From: Ascidiella aspersa
Taxonomy: Eukaryota
DNA: 64,000 bases
Direction: 5' to 3'
Assembly: GCA_963924565.1 (NCBI GenBank)
Contig: OZ004613.1
Coordinates: 8,990,001-9,054,000, forward strand
The notes under the pieces were generated by a model, which saw nothing but the letters and a program-made list of their open reading frames with translations, had not been told where the DNA came from and did not search any database. The translations under genes and the position numbers were made by a program. Positions 39,746 through 52,768 of this stretch are shown piece after piece (positions within the stretch are counted from its first letter, which is position 1; each line of letters opens with the position of its first letter).

Positions 39746-39977
39746 ATTTATCGTATACACAATAGCCTAATAAAAGCCTACACATAAGGATTTCTGGGCA
39801 CACTACGCCAGTTAATATTATCAAATAGTAATTGAATTGGCATAATAAGTTATCATTTTGGCAATCCAATTGCAATCCATTTTGGTAAAGGCTCTCTGAA
39901 GCGACCCATCGGAATCACTGGTCTGACAGAATCAAGGAATGCACAGCCTTAAGCCTGATAGAGCATCGGCCCCGTAC

Positions 39978-40232
39978 CTTTCACTGTTATGCCATCACGC
40001 CGCCAGATACTTCCAGTGTAACTCCATTAATGTAAAAGCTTTTATCGCTTGCCAGGAACAAACAAGCATTGGCAACTTTGACGGGCTTTCCAAAGCGCGC
40101 GTTCGGTATCATTGGCTTTGCAGCTTTTAGATATTGCCAAATGCATCCAACATTTGAGTTTCAATTGCAACAGGCGAGACGGCATTGCATCTGACACCGA
40201 ACCTTCCTACCTCAATGCATTTGGTCTTTGTA
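39978..40232 (-). pseudogene. SDR 3'-end fragment closest to SDR1
   Basis: Reverse complement gives CIEVGRFGVRCNA..FGKPVKVANACLFLASDKSFYINGVTLEVSGGVMA* plus the same 3' flank (cagtgaaagg) as SDR1. Frameshifted and lacking the 5' two-thirds. Confidence 0.85.
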
Positions 40233-41625
40233 TAGGCGAGCACTCCGCCTTGAAAATTAATAAGCGCAGACATTTTTTATTCCTCGCCCATAGCCATAAA
40301 ACACCAAACTTGCCCCAGAAAAAAATTCTAGCGGAAATGGTTGCCCACTCCACGGTTTATTTTTATCAGCAGCCTGTCATTTGTACTTCTTCATATTTTC
40401 GTTCTAAGGTTTTTAATGACGTTCCAATAATTATGTTGTCTTATAATTACCTATTTTAATAACTTGTTGTGAAAAACGACCTTTTTTAGCATTAAATGTG
40501 TAATAAATTTTCATAACTACATTTATTATTTTCTGAAAGCCGCTCCGTGATAACATTTTTTTAGGTTACGGAAGTTCATAATGTCCTAGACAGGATACAC
40601 ATTTTGTCGTAATGAACGTTATCGGTCAGAAGATTCATGGCAAGTTATCATGTCAAAAGTGCAATGAGATAGGTCAGTGACGTTTTGACTTGATAAATTG
40701 CTGGCAAAACCTTTCACGTTTTGGCGGAATGTCGTTCACGACTTCGTTTGACGATAAGTATTAAAATGCAGAATGACGCCGCACGAACTGGTTAGTTTTA
40801 AGCCAGGTGCACAGGGCAACGCAGCATTCAGCAGTTTAGAAATTTCAGCGTGGTACGCCCTATAACTGGTTTATTTTTTCCGGTTAAAAATGGCGTGTTA
40901 CTTTGCAATAAGGTATTCGAAGTTGTATCTTCATTTTAAAGATAAAAAATAAAAATAAAAAAATTGATAAAGGAATGTATGTTGTTACTTTGTGTGGTTC
41001 ATTTCCAACATGGCAACTATGAACATAACGGCCTCGGCTTATACAAATAGGTATGGCCTCGGTCAAAACGTACCAAAACATTTCATTGCTTTAAAAGTAA
41101 AAATTGACCGAATTTCAAGAAGTAAAATAACATATAAAAGGCTTTTATTAGAACTAAAAGCCAAAGTTCACATTTTTTTCAAAATAGGCACAAAAAAATC
41201 TCCTACCCTCAAAATCATAATTTAAACAGTACAACATTGTACGATATTAAAACTGGCAAAACTTTTTAACAGAAATCAACTATTTTGGAGTATTTTACCA
41301 GTTTATCAACCGCCTATGCTCTTGACTTGTTGGTAAAAAACACTGACAGGAGTTCAGATACAAATGTAAACCAACATTTGAATGTGTAGCGGTTTGCGCT
41401 CCATATTGTTCCCGGGTTGAAACTTCGGTCATTCAGTTGAAACAGTCTGTTGGTTGCGACGTTGTCACACCAGCCTGTGTGAATTCATCAAACTGTCGAC
41501 ATATTGCTATACTCGTGTTTCGTACATTGCTTAGAATTTCCTGTTTATGTTGCGAGGCAGAACCGCATTGTTATGAAATTTAATTAACGCCATCTGGCAT
41601 AAAGTATAAGGGATTTCATTTTATA

Positions 41626-42103
41626 CATAGTTGCCATTCTAGATTATTTTAATCTAGATTTAGATGTTTTGGTTTGAATCTAGATGTAGGAATATACAAT
41701 CTAGATGTTAGATGTTTTTTTAGATTATTATAAAAAAATATTGTATAATCTAAATAAGTGACAGATTCGCTATTGACGATAAATATTTCAGTAATTTCAA
41801 ATTTTTTTTTTTTTGCAAATTGAAAAAAAAAGATGAGATACAAAATCGAAATTTCAGTAACTCGTCATGTTCAGAAAAATCTTTATAAAGCAGAAATCTT
41901 AAATCTAAAGCATCAAGCAAGTCCCTTTATGCAACTTTATAGGGCATTAAGCATTTAATGTTGATTTTTTGTCCAAAAGTATTGAATATTTTCAAAAATC
42001 ATTTTTAGATTATTTTTAGATTTCTCCATAAAAATCTAGATGTTTTTAGATTATTTTTTTGGTAAATCTAGATGATTACTGTGAGAAAAAAATGGCAACT
42101 ATG
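41626..42103. mobile_element. MITE with 8-bp TSD and internal TCTAGAT repeats
   Basis: 13-bp TIR CATAGTTGCCATT / AATGGCAACTATG; perfect TSD ATTTTATA. Confidence 0.88.
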
Positions 42104-42569
42104 ATTTTATACCAAAAACGAGCAGTCTCAGTGTATACTATAGTCAGATCGCCTACGTTACGGAGGTTAAGTATTGTGCCTACGTATATCGCAAGTAGCC
42201 TACCTGTAAGTACTGTTGTTTGTTAGTCGTTTGTTGGCAATAAATGTTATTTCATTGTGGCTGCGCCCCACAAATGTTGTAGAAAGGACCGGGTGTCATG
42301 ACAGGCTAGGTTTTAACGTTTGTTTAATCGGAGTTTCTTAGAGAATGTTGTATAAAAGCGAACAAAAAAATAATAGTTATTCAAGTTTCACTTATTGAAA
42401 AAAAAGAAAAAAAGTGGGTTTTTGTACAAATTAAAATGCATTTCAATGACCATTCAGAACATAATATTTTCTGTATAGTAGAGAATGTATTAAAAAATGC
42501 ATTTTTGTCGTGTTTCGCCAAAACATTTAGATATATACATGATTAACGCATAAACCGATAACTCTAGCC

Positions 42570-43588
42570 CAGTGTTTCCCAACCTTTTTGACACTACTGC
42601 CCCCTTGGGCTTAATATTATTTCATATCGCCCCCTTCACCTTGCTTTACAGTAAAGTATTATATTAATCGTTGTCTAACATCATATTGTCTTCACTTTCG
42701 TTTCGATATGCTGTCAGTCTTATTTTAGGTTGTCTAACATACATTCACTATGGGAATTTATGGATTAATTAATTCACCAGGTTATGTCATTACCAGGAAA
42801 AATTCAACTTTCTGCACCAATACTTTAAATCAGGGGTCGGCAACATTTTCTTGTCACGGGCACCAATCAAACTCAGAAAGGTCTCTGTGGGCCGCACAAA
42901 ATTTTAACCTAAGAATTATGTTATTGGAAAGCTGTTTAAGCCCTGGCGAGCGAAGCGAGCGCGATTTTTTTTGGGTATACCAACATTTCTTTTAAATTTC
43001 GCGCTTCATTACATTGCCTAAAAAAATCAAAAAATGTTAAAAAGTATATGTATAATATTTTTGAATAGGTTTTCCGTTTGTCCGCAACGGTAAAAAAGCG
43101 TTAAAATCTATTCCAAAGACAGCATCAAAACATAAAAAACGTAGTAAAGATTAGTAAGATCATTCGCGCGAAGCGCGAAACATTTTTGCCCGTACTCAGT
43201 TAAAATAGTCAAAAAGTATTTAAAATGGACTCGTGTCTAGTTGTCAATGAGGTGGCGGGCCGTAAGTTGACGACCCCTGCTTTAAATATCCAAATATTTT
43301 TCTGCGTATAAAACTGTGAAACGCAGCAACCAACAACTTTACATAAGAAAGCCAATTATTACGTAGCAATGGTCGGAAAAACTAGTGTAAGTTCGCAGTA
43401 CGAAAGTTGCCATTTAAAGTTAAAAGTTACCTACAGTCCTGTTTGTTACTACTTTTATGAAATTTATTTTATGTAACGCCCCCTTATGTGCATTCAGCGC
43501 CCCCCAAATTAGAAACAGGCCCAAAACGCCCCCTAGTAACTCGCCAACGCCCACAAGGGGGCGGTACCGCCCACGTTGGGAACCTCTG
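42570..43588. mobile_element. hAT-type MITE hosting a nested MITE
   Basis: TIR CAGTGTTTCCCAAC / GTTGGGAACCTCTG; perfect TSD CTCTAGCC; cgcccc subterminal repeats. Confidence 0.88.
42831..43279. mobile_element. hAT-type MITE nested in 42570-43588
   Basis: TIR CAGGGGTCGGCAAC / GTTGACGACCCCTG; perfect TSD CTTTAAAT; same family as 51086-51804. Confidence 0.88.
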
Positions 43589-44579
43589 CTCTAGCCTATA
43601 TTACTTCCACACCTAAATGACTAAACCGAAATCGATTTTGAAAAGAAGCGAAAAATAAATCCATACATTACTCTTATCGTGTTTTGAAAGTATTATAGAT
43701 GTTTCTCACATTAAATTGGACATATTGCAGAGCTGTATAGAAAACTGCACTGCATAAAACCAGTCCGCGAGTTTCTTACCTGTTCGTAGATCCGGCCCGC
43801 CAATGTAAATCATCCAAGTCGCCATCTCTTTTATGAACTGGGCGGGAGATTATTCCTTATTTTTTGGTTATTTTAATTTGCCAATTCTATAACACACCCC
43901 GATTCACCTTACTTTAACCAAGTTGAGTGGTAAATATACTCTTATTATTCCGTGTTTTACCCATTTATATCGTGTTTGCGATATGACCATTGCCCACCTC
44001 TGGTCTAGAACTAAGTACAGTAAGGTGACTTGCCTTAAAATTCTTTAAAAATGGTAACGTTGTCAACATTCGGTTAAATTTCAGGCCAAATCTAGCATTT
44101 CTGGAATACTTAATGCGTGAAGTGATGAATATTTTAAAGCACTTTGGTAAATATCAACCGTTAAAGACATGTTTTAAAACTTAAATCTATCTTCCATGAC
44201 AGTTATAAGGCGTTAACATTCCTTTTTTGCCGCAAACAGGCACGCTGTCATTAGGATGATTAATTAGCAACTAAACGTTTTGCCGTGTTTCCTACTAATA
44301 TCATGCACGATCCCATTCATCGTGACAAAAAGTTAATTACACACATAAAGCTGCATGCAGCTGATCTGGTTACAAGCTCTGATTTTAGAAATGTAAGCTA
44401 CAAACATCGTGTAAATCAGAGCAATTAGACTTTGTGTTGACGGTAAAGCTGAAGTGTTAAATCTTTGCTAGCAACAAATAATAAATCTAAGGTAACAAGC
44501 GCAACGAGTTATATCTAAAAATGACTGCCGCCTTAATTGTGAATATTTTTAGGCAGAAATCTTTTGTTTCAAGTTTAAA

Positions 44580-45353
44580 ATGGCTCAACTTGGTAAATTA
44601 AATGGTAAAGTGGCCATTGTCACTGGAGCCGCAGGGGGAATCGGGGAAGCAATTTGCGAACGCTTTCTGATCGAAGGTTCCAAAGTAATGATGGTGGGTC
44701 GAAATCAAGAAAACTTAAAAGCTGCCTACGATAAACTCAATGCCAAATATAAAGGCAATGTAGCAATGATTCAACGTGATGTAGCTGTCGAAAATTCGGC
44801 GTCAGAAGTGTTTACTGCCGTTAGCAATCAATTCGGAATGAATTGCAATGTTCTGGTGAACAATGCTGCTGTCTTGCCTTTGTCTCCCATCGTCGAAACA
44901 ACAGCATCTGCTTTCAAACATATATTGGACGTCAATCTGTTTGGCGTCTTTACATTTACAAAGGAGTTTCTTTTGCGACTTAAACTTGGCGAGAACGAGG
45001 ATGCAACAGGAGCAAGTATAATAAATGTTTCCGGTATTGCAGCAGTTCGGGGTTTGAAACATGCCTCTGTCTATACTGCTTCTAAAGCCGGAGTGATTGC
45101 TTTCACAAAGACGACGTGCCTTGAGGTGGCAAGTTTCGGTGTCAGGTGCAATGTGCTTTTGCCAGGTCCGATTGACACTCCAATGCTGGGCGCATGTATA
45201 CGTGAATTTCCAGAAACTGCAAAGCCATCGGTTCCAATGGGGCGCTTTGGAAAGCCCTTCGAAGTTGCTAATGCATGTTTGTTCCTGGCAAGCGACGAAA
45301 GCTCTTACGTCAATGGAGCGACATTGAAAGTGGCTGGTGGAATCACGGCCTAA
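44580..45353 (+). CDS. Classical SDR, HSD17B8/FabG-like, intronless, 257 aa (SDR2, paralogue of 20575-21348)
   Basis: TGAAGGIG, NNAA, VSG, YTASK, PMGRFGKPFEVA, FLASDESSYVNG. Same length as SDR1 and colinear with it. Confidence 0.93.
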   Translation: MAQLGKLNGKVAIVTGAAGGIGEAICERFLIEGSKVMMVGRNQENLKAAYDKLNAKYKGNVAMIQRDVAVENSASEVFTAVSNQFGMNCNVLVNNAAVLPLSPIVETTASAFKHILDVNLFGVFTFTKEFLLRLKLGENEDATGASIINVSGIAAVRGLKHASVYTASKAGVIAFTKTTCLEVASFGVRCNVLLPGPIDTPMLGACIREFPETAKPSVPMGRFGKPFEVANACLFLASDESSYVNGATLKVAGGITA

Positions 45354-45667
45354 AAATTGCGACGGTTAAATAAGTTACTGCTTCCTAATATACTACGATT
45401 TATACTCTTGTATTTCCACCATCCTAGCAGCATTTTATTAAGAAGAACTATTTCGTTTATTTTATATAGTAAACGCATTAGTAACTCAACAAATGTTTAA
45501 TACAGTTATTATATAAAACGTTATTTGGAATTGGAACACAATACAGTTTAGTAAACAATACATTTTATTAAAAAATATTGAGCCATTATTTTCGATAAAA
45601 TCGTCATTTTGTTGTTTACAAACGCTTCGGCAATATCTTATGCCAACATCAGTGTAAAAATCTAAGT

Positions 45668-46761
45668 CAGTGATTCTCAACCTTCTGTGCTTCGTGGCCC
45701 CCTTTGAAAGGCTCTCGACTCTCGTGCCCCCCCTGCTTATAAAAATACAAAGCATTGTGTTGAACGTCTTTTCGCGTGTTTTGCTTCTTCACGTTAATAA
45801 CCATTAATCAACGAATAAATGCAATTTAAACAGATTTAACAAATAAGTCATTTTGATTTAAATTAACTCGGTTAATCATTAGAAAGCTTATTCTTGCACT
45901 AATTCAAATTATTTTGTTATATTTGGCTCCGTTTTGTACTGAGCCAAGCGATGCCACTACATTCGTTAAGGCAATTTCTTAATTTTCGTTATATTAATGC
46001 TCTACTATTACTTGACAAATAAGCCGTGCATAAACTCACTGAATATTCGCCTAAAATTGACCTTGAGCAACCCTGTAGCGTACTTCTGCGTTTTATTTCC
46101 ACCATCCTAGCAGCATTTTAACAAGAAGAATTATTTCGTTTATTTATGAGTAACCCTCTATCATACTTATGCGTTTATTTCCACCATCCTAGCAGCATTT
46201 TAACAAGAAGAATTATTTCGTTTATTTTATATAGCTTTATCGAAAACATGTGTAAACGCATTAGTAACTCAACAAATGTTTAATACAGTTATTATATAAA
46301 ACCTGTGTCATACTTTGGAATGTTTCGTTTGCAACTAAACGCCCTTTAGGGAAATGCAAAATCGTTGCACCTGGCATTACACGATAGTTGCTCACCCAAT
46401 AGCATTTGCCATACACTTAATGATTAGGCGAAGTTTTTTGCTTTACCAATCTTGTCACTCGCGTACGTTCAATTAGGTGACGTAACTTTTTGTGATAAAA
46501 CGAATAAAAATGATTCAACATTCTACTTTAAACATCCCTACTGACGAGCCAAGGCAGGTGCCAAAAATGTGTTATATAACGTTGCAAGAAGGTTTTACTG
46601 TCATAATATAAAGCACAAATTTAAGTTAACTGGCATATTTAAAAAAAAACTTGACACTTTGGTTTTGCAATACCTATAGCTAGAGAGTTATGCCCGTGGC
46701 CCCCCAATGACCACTCCGTGCCCGTCCCAGGGGGGCCGAGGGCCACGGTTGAGAAGCCCGG
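45668..46761. mobile_element. hAT-type MITE (family of 16742-17625) containing duplicated flanking DNA
   Basis: CAGTGATTCTCAACC ... GGTTGAGAAGCCCGG; perfect TSD ATCTAAGT. Confidence 0.85.
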
Positions 46762-47949
46762 ATCTAAGTGAATATAAAAACAATAACACAAACATATCAT
46801 TTGGTTGTACTTGACCTTTTAACGTTGCTCATGAACGCAAAGTAGCCTATTCTGGGTGACACATAACTATTCCACAAATTTGTTTGAAGTAAGTGAAATG
46901 CCTCCTAAAACTAGATATTTGAATAAATCGGATTTTTTGTGACGATAAGCCATAAAACATAAATATTTCATGCGCCAAAGTTAACCCATAACATGATTTC
47001 ATTATACGAGCAAGCATTAGCGCAAAGCGACAGTTGAAAGTTTCACTATGCAGCTGAATGGTATCGGAAATCCATACAAAATTCATGTAAACGCGAAATC
47101 TATCTTGTAGTCATGTCTGCAAAAAATAGGCAAAAAAACATTGTTTTGAGCCTTGGTATCGTGATCTTCCACCCCCCCCCCCTTAATATACGGTTCTTAG
47201 ATCTTTCAGGCCTCAGAATATTTCGGGCATCATTATTACGACGAAAAATATGTCGCTGATAAAAGCTTGTTTTTAATTCCGACTCGAATTATTTTTGCCA
47301 CCAAATGGAAAATTACCTTGATCTCCAGTTCAATAAACTGTATTGTGACTAGAGCTGCTGTAAAGGAAATATTGGACAGCATTAAAAATCAGTTTTGTTT
47401 ACAGTCTATATCAGTTCTATTTGCAACGAACCAAATAAAAAAACGTAAAGACTAAACTCTTTACTGTTTAAAACCCCATCATCGAAATTAACCGTGTATG
47501 TTAGCCCATGTATGTAGAAATACTTTTTTTAATTTCTTAGGCTGTTGTTAACAAAAATTGCGGCAATTGAAGCGCGTTACGGCGAGAAAAGTCTACAAGT
47601 GACATTTGGAGATGACTAATAGGCTACCAATTAAATATGTAGCCATATGACTAGTCGTGGTAATTTACTGCGTTAAATGTTGAACTTTCAATTTAAAATG
47701 ACGCAGCACGCACTTGATTAGGCTACAAGGTCTGATTTGAAAAGTATTGTTACGGCAAACAGCTTTGAAATCTTATTCCTAAACATTGAATTGGTAAAAT
47801 AGTCTAAATTTATCGGTTTTGGAATATGTCAGTGATAACAATAGACGACAATAGATGAAATCCAGTGGAAACAGATTTACCGAGATAAGCTCGCAGTTTT
47901 ACTCTGTATATTTCATTTGGTAATACCGCTTTTGTGTTTCAGTTTTATA

Positions 47950-49400
47950 ATGACGCAAGTCAATATAGGTTACACCGTGAAGCGACCAATGTCATTGGAG
48001 CCGCAGGGGGCATCGGGAAACCATTTGCTTTCTGCCGAAGAACGCAAAATTAGAATGCTGGGTCGGGATCAGGAAAATGTGAGACCAACTTACGAAAATC
48101 TAAGTGCATAATAAGAAAACGTGGCGATGAATCAATGCAATTTAGATGAAAGAATGCGACTTTAGAGGCAACCACCTTAGACAGAATTACAATGTTCTGG
48201 TCAATCATGCTGCTGTCATAAGCGGTGCGGTCGATCGTTGACACAACCATGGATTAATTCAAACTTATTTGAACGTCAACCTTAAGGGTGTCTTTATTTC
48301 TAGGAGAGAATTGTTCCAGCGGCTCATGCTTGCTGAGGACCAAAATCCAGCAAACGTAAACATCGTTAACATCACCGACCAGCATGGCTGGGATTAAAAC
48401 ATTGTTCTTTCTATGCTGCTTCTAACACTAGAATTACCGCGTTATACCTAAAATTACCGCGAGTGGTCAAAATGACCGTTTGTCTAATACAAAAATGCCG
48501 AATAGCTTAGCTTTATTTTCTTCTTTAAGTTTATTTTAACTATTAGGAGACTGGAATCTTAGTAGGTTTGAGATTAATACGTTGTAGGCTCCATTATAAT
48601 ATCATGTTCTGGAATATACTTCATTGACTATAACTACGAATTGCATTGTAGGCCCCCAACCAAATTTTTAGCTGCGTAATGGAAATTTGACTTTTTTGTG
48701 TGTATTTAACTAACAACTAACTAACATGAACATTGAAATACATTAAAAACACAAATTAATATTTAAATAAGCAAAAACCAATGGCCGTTTTATTATGCTG
48801 CTTGTTACATGGACCAAAAGTAGCAATTCAAAAGCATACATTGACTTGTTTATAGTTCACTGTCGTTTGCAATTACTTCCGCTTTCTGCTTCCGACAACC
48901 ATCGAATTTTGATGAATGGTTGACTGAAAATTAGGAACTAGAACTGCTACTAGCTACTGATGCCTTTGTTGCCTGGTTGTTTTGAAACACAACAAACGCT
49001 ATTTTATGGTAAATCGCTTCCTACCTCATACTGTGGTTATTTTAATGAAACTAAAGATTTACATGCTAAAAGGTGACCTAGACTTGAGAGAAGTCATAAA
49101 TTTCAATATTTTAACAGTTACCGTACCTAAAGGTAGATATAAAAATAAACGACTAAAATGACCTCACCGGGAATTCTAGTGCTAAAGGTGGAGTGGATTC
49201 CTACACAAAAACGACGTGCATTGAGGTGGGAGAGTTCGGTGAAGTGTGCAATGCTGTCTATAGCCATGAGGTATTGATACTCCAATGCCACACCGGTCGT
49301 TTAACAAGGCCCATTTCGACGCTTTCAAGCAGATGATTTTACTGAGGTGCCTCTCGAACATCAGTGGGGTTATCTTGAAAATATATGGTAGTTTTATGGC
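47950..49400 (+). pseudogene. SDR pseudogene (module 3), interrupted at the catalytic Lys codon by a TIR element
   Basis: ATG 47950 preceded by gtttcag; degenerate GAAGGIG (ggagccgcagggggcatcggg); NVLVNHAAV; NVNLKGV; YAASK split by 48426-49181; then TTCIEV..FG..CNAV. Many stops and frameshifts. Confidence 0.8.
48426..49181. mobile_element. Non-autonomous TIR element with CACTAG ends and 4-bp TSD (Chapaev/CMC- or piggyBac-like)
   Basis: TIR CACTAGAATTACCG / CGGGAATTCTAGTG; TSD CTAA. The homologous left part lies inverted at ~33440-33724. Confidence 0.8.
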
Positions 49401-51085
49401 TTTAAGAGTTCTCCCAGTAACACAAGGCTGGCGATTTCCAAATGTACATATATATACCATTCAATATTTATAACTATAATGCTAATGTGGAAAGTTATTA
49501 GTCATTTCAGTTTTTACCATGCTAATAAACTTATTACTTATTGACATTTCATTAGGTAAAGCAGCCAATAGTGGCTGGGTTTCTAGATAACGTACTTATG
49601 ATTTATGTAATACCCTTCCTAATTAATTACTCCCATTATTATAAAAAAAACTAAATTAAATTTGTTTTTGGTAGGAAATTATGCAGAACGTTTAAACTGT
49701 GAAGTACAAGAGCCCGCAGTGGCCAGACTCAAGAGGTAGTATAAGTGTCAGGTTTCCAAAATATAAATTAGCTGCAATCTATTTTTTTCAGGGGTTGCCA
49801 ACCACTTTTTGCTATATACGCACCCACAATGACACTTCGTCTTCTTATGCTAAACAAATTCATTAATTTAACCCACGGAAATTCCCTACATTAACTATGT
49901 TATATTAAAATGAAATAAAGACGACTAATATAAATGCACACGAACATCAAAATCAATAAAATTTATCCATGTTATTAAAAAGGATTAAGCTCAATAGAGT
50001 TACTTGTGGCTAAAAGTTGCAATAATTCTTGTAGTGGATTTTACTAAAAAAATGGTCATTAAAACTTCGCATGATTTTTTGTGGTATTTCAGGGATATTG
50101 TGCGCCACTTACATTAGTGCAATGCGCCGTTGATACTAAAATTCATAGAGAAAGGGAGCAGGCAACTGACATTACTCAAAAACAGCTTGCCGTGTCGGCG
50201 ACAATTTCGGGAATCAAAAGTGAGTGAGGTCTGTAGATCACTAATGGTGGGCACAAGTTAAAATTATCTTGACTCTGCAGTTCTCATTGACAATTTGCGG
50301 GCGGACCTAGTAGTGCGAACACAAGGCATGTTCTCCGAAAATGTATTTCGCCTATTTTGTACAGTTAAGCGCTTACGCCACCTAGTTCATATATAACGCG
50401 TTTCAGCAAGGGTTGCAAATCGATTTTTTTCTCTTTCAGACAGACGGGGTTGACTAAAAAATTATAATATTAGGCCTAAATATAGTATTGCCACGAGAAA
50501 CGAGCGGCAAGGCAATTTTTGTCAACGTATGCAATGATCAAAGTGAAATTTTAAACTTTTAAACATATTTTACTTTGTTGTTATGTACTTTTAAAATCAT
50601 CTTGGATCAAAAACCCATACAATACCATTGTAAAAATAATGCAAATTCTTGTCCTGAGTTGTAAACAGTTGATATAAAACGTGGTAAACGTTGTCCTTGG
50701 CTGTCGTAGATACATATTCCCATGTTTCTTATCGTCATTTGAGGTGTGTATGTGTGTCGCTGAAGAGCCGCGGGTTTGTCGTTATCTACGCTGGTCTAAT
50801 TTAAATGAAATTACTCACCGTGAGTGTACTTGGCACACGGCGCTGTTATAGTAGATATTTATAGCGCTATATTCTGTTGAATAGATTTCTTCAAAAGAAC
50901 AAAAATATGGTAAAAACGGGTACAAAAAAGGGTTTTTATAGCAAAAGAAGTAAAACCTTAATTCCGATTAAATTCTAAATGATCCTGTCGTGTTTTAGGC
51001 AAAAATGGCAGACGCCTGTTCCCACTTCACTGAATATACATGAAAAGGCAAGAATCCGCAGGTGATTTTTCGCATCACTTTAAAT

Positions 51086-51804
51086 CAGGGGTCGGCAACC
51101 TACGGCCTGCGGGACGGATCCGGCCCGCCGCCTCTTGGACAAACTGGACACGAGTCCATTTCTAATATTTTTTGACTATTTTAACTACATAAATGCGAAA
51201 AATTTTCGGCGAATGTTCTTTCCACGTCCGTTTTTATTCACGTTCTGATGCTGTTTTTTAACTAGACCAGCGCTTCTTTACCGTTGCGCCGTGGAAGGCT
51301 GCCAAGTGCGTCGCGGACAATCAGAAAACGTATTAAAAATATTGGACATAAATTTTTTAACTTTTATTTTTGTGAAAATGTAATAAAAACTCCAAAGAAA
51401 TTTAAAAGAAAAGTTATACCAAAAAAAAAAATCGCACTCGTTTCGCTCACTAGGTGTTCCCGGATTTCAATGCATAACAAACACCAAAATAGATTAACTG
51501 TTAAATTATCGCGTTTTTTCAAAGTAATTTTATTACATTTTTGCATTAATAGTTTGGATGACGACGTATGGAGTCGAATTTTAAACCAAGCAAACGCTTT
51601 TTTGCGCTTTGTGCCAACACTGTACCTCCCTAAATGTAATTAAGCACGTTTTTTAAAATGCAATCAAATCCGCGGCTCGCCTAATTTACAGTTGTTTTAA
51701 AATTGTAACAACACGAAATCTCAGTTAACATATGTTGTGCGGCCCGCAAAGACCTTTCTCAGTTTGGTTTTAGCCCGCGACTAGAAAAAAGTTGCCGACT
51801 CCTG
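51086..51804. mobile_element. hAT-type MITE
   Basis: TIR CAGGGGTCGGCAAC / GTTGCCGACTCCTG; TSD CTTTAAAT/CTCTAAAT. Confidence 0.85.
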
Positions 51805-52768
51805 CTCTAAATTAACACTTACTTTTCAAAAGTTCAGTATTAGTACGTACGTTAAAGGATTTTCTTTTGGGTTGACTTTATGAGCTTAGCGCACGCTGGC
51901 CGCATAAATTGTGGTACTGTTTTGATGTTGCAAATTATGATTTTGAGTGATTTTTTTAACGTGTGTCTGTTTTGGCAATGTAAATGTTAGCTTTCAATAA
52001 AAGCCTTGTATACCTATTGATTTTCTTTTTGCAATTAAGTCACCTTCTATACTTTTAAAGCAACCAAAAGTTTTGGTCTGAAACAAGTCTACCTATTCGT
52101 ATGCGCTGAGGCATTTGTGCACATAGCTGCCATTTTGAAAATGAACCGCACAAAGATATAACTAATAATTTTTATTGGTTGTTTTTGAAAAATAAGAAAA
52201 AATAGGAAATAGGTCATTAAAAAGTAATACGTCATTTTAAACCGGAAGAATGAAAACAATAGTGCAGTAAAATAAAAAGTTACAACAGGATAAAAGGGCG
52301 ATAAATATTGCATAAACGCGGGTTTAGAATGTTATCTGGCCAATCCGTCAAGTGGTTTGTTCATTTAATCAAATACGTCGTCCATGAGTCGTTAAGAGTG
52401 GAAAAAGAGTAGTAGAACGTCACTTGGATCTTCGCTGCAAGATGGCCGACCTCCTGTGCTTTGGGTCAGCGGGCGGCTTGCCTTTCACAACCTCGACCCT
52501 GGCCTTCAAATCGTTTAGCTCGGGTCGCTCCGTTTCGCTCGATTTGACAACACGAGCTTTGCGGAATTGGTCGGGCTTCGTTCTCTGCGGACGCACGGGC
52601 CGAAGGCCCTTCTCACTCCGGGCGAATTCCCAGCTTGCGGTGGCTCTAGTTTACATGGGGTTTCTTCAGGTGGATTTGAAACTGAACAAGGCTTGGTCCT
52701 GTTCGTGGCCGCACTTGTTGTGCGAAATGTTTCCAGTGTTGCAACCTTCGTTGGCATTCGAGGTTAGC

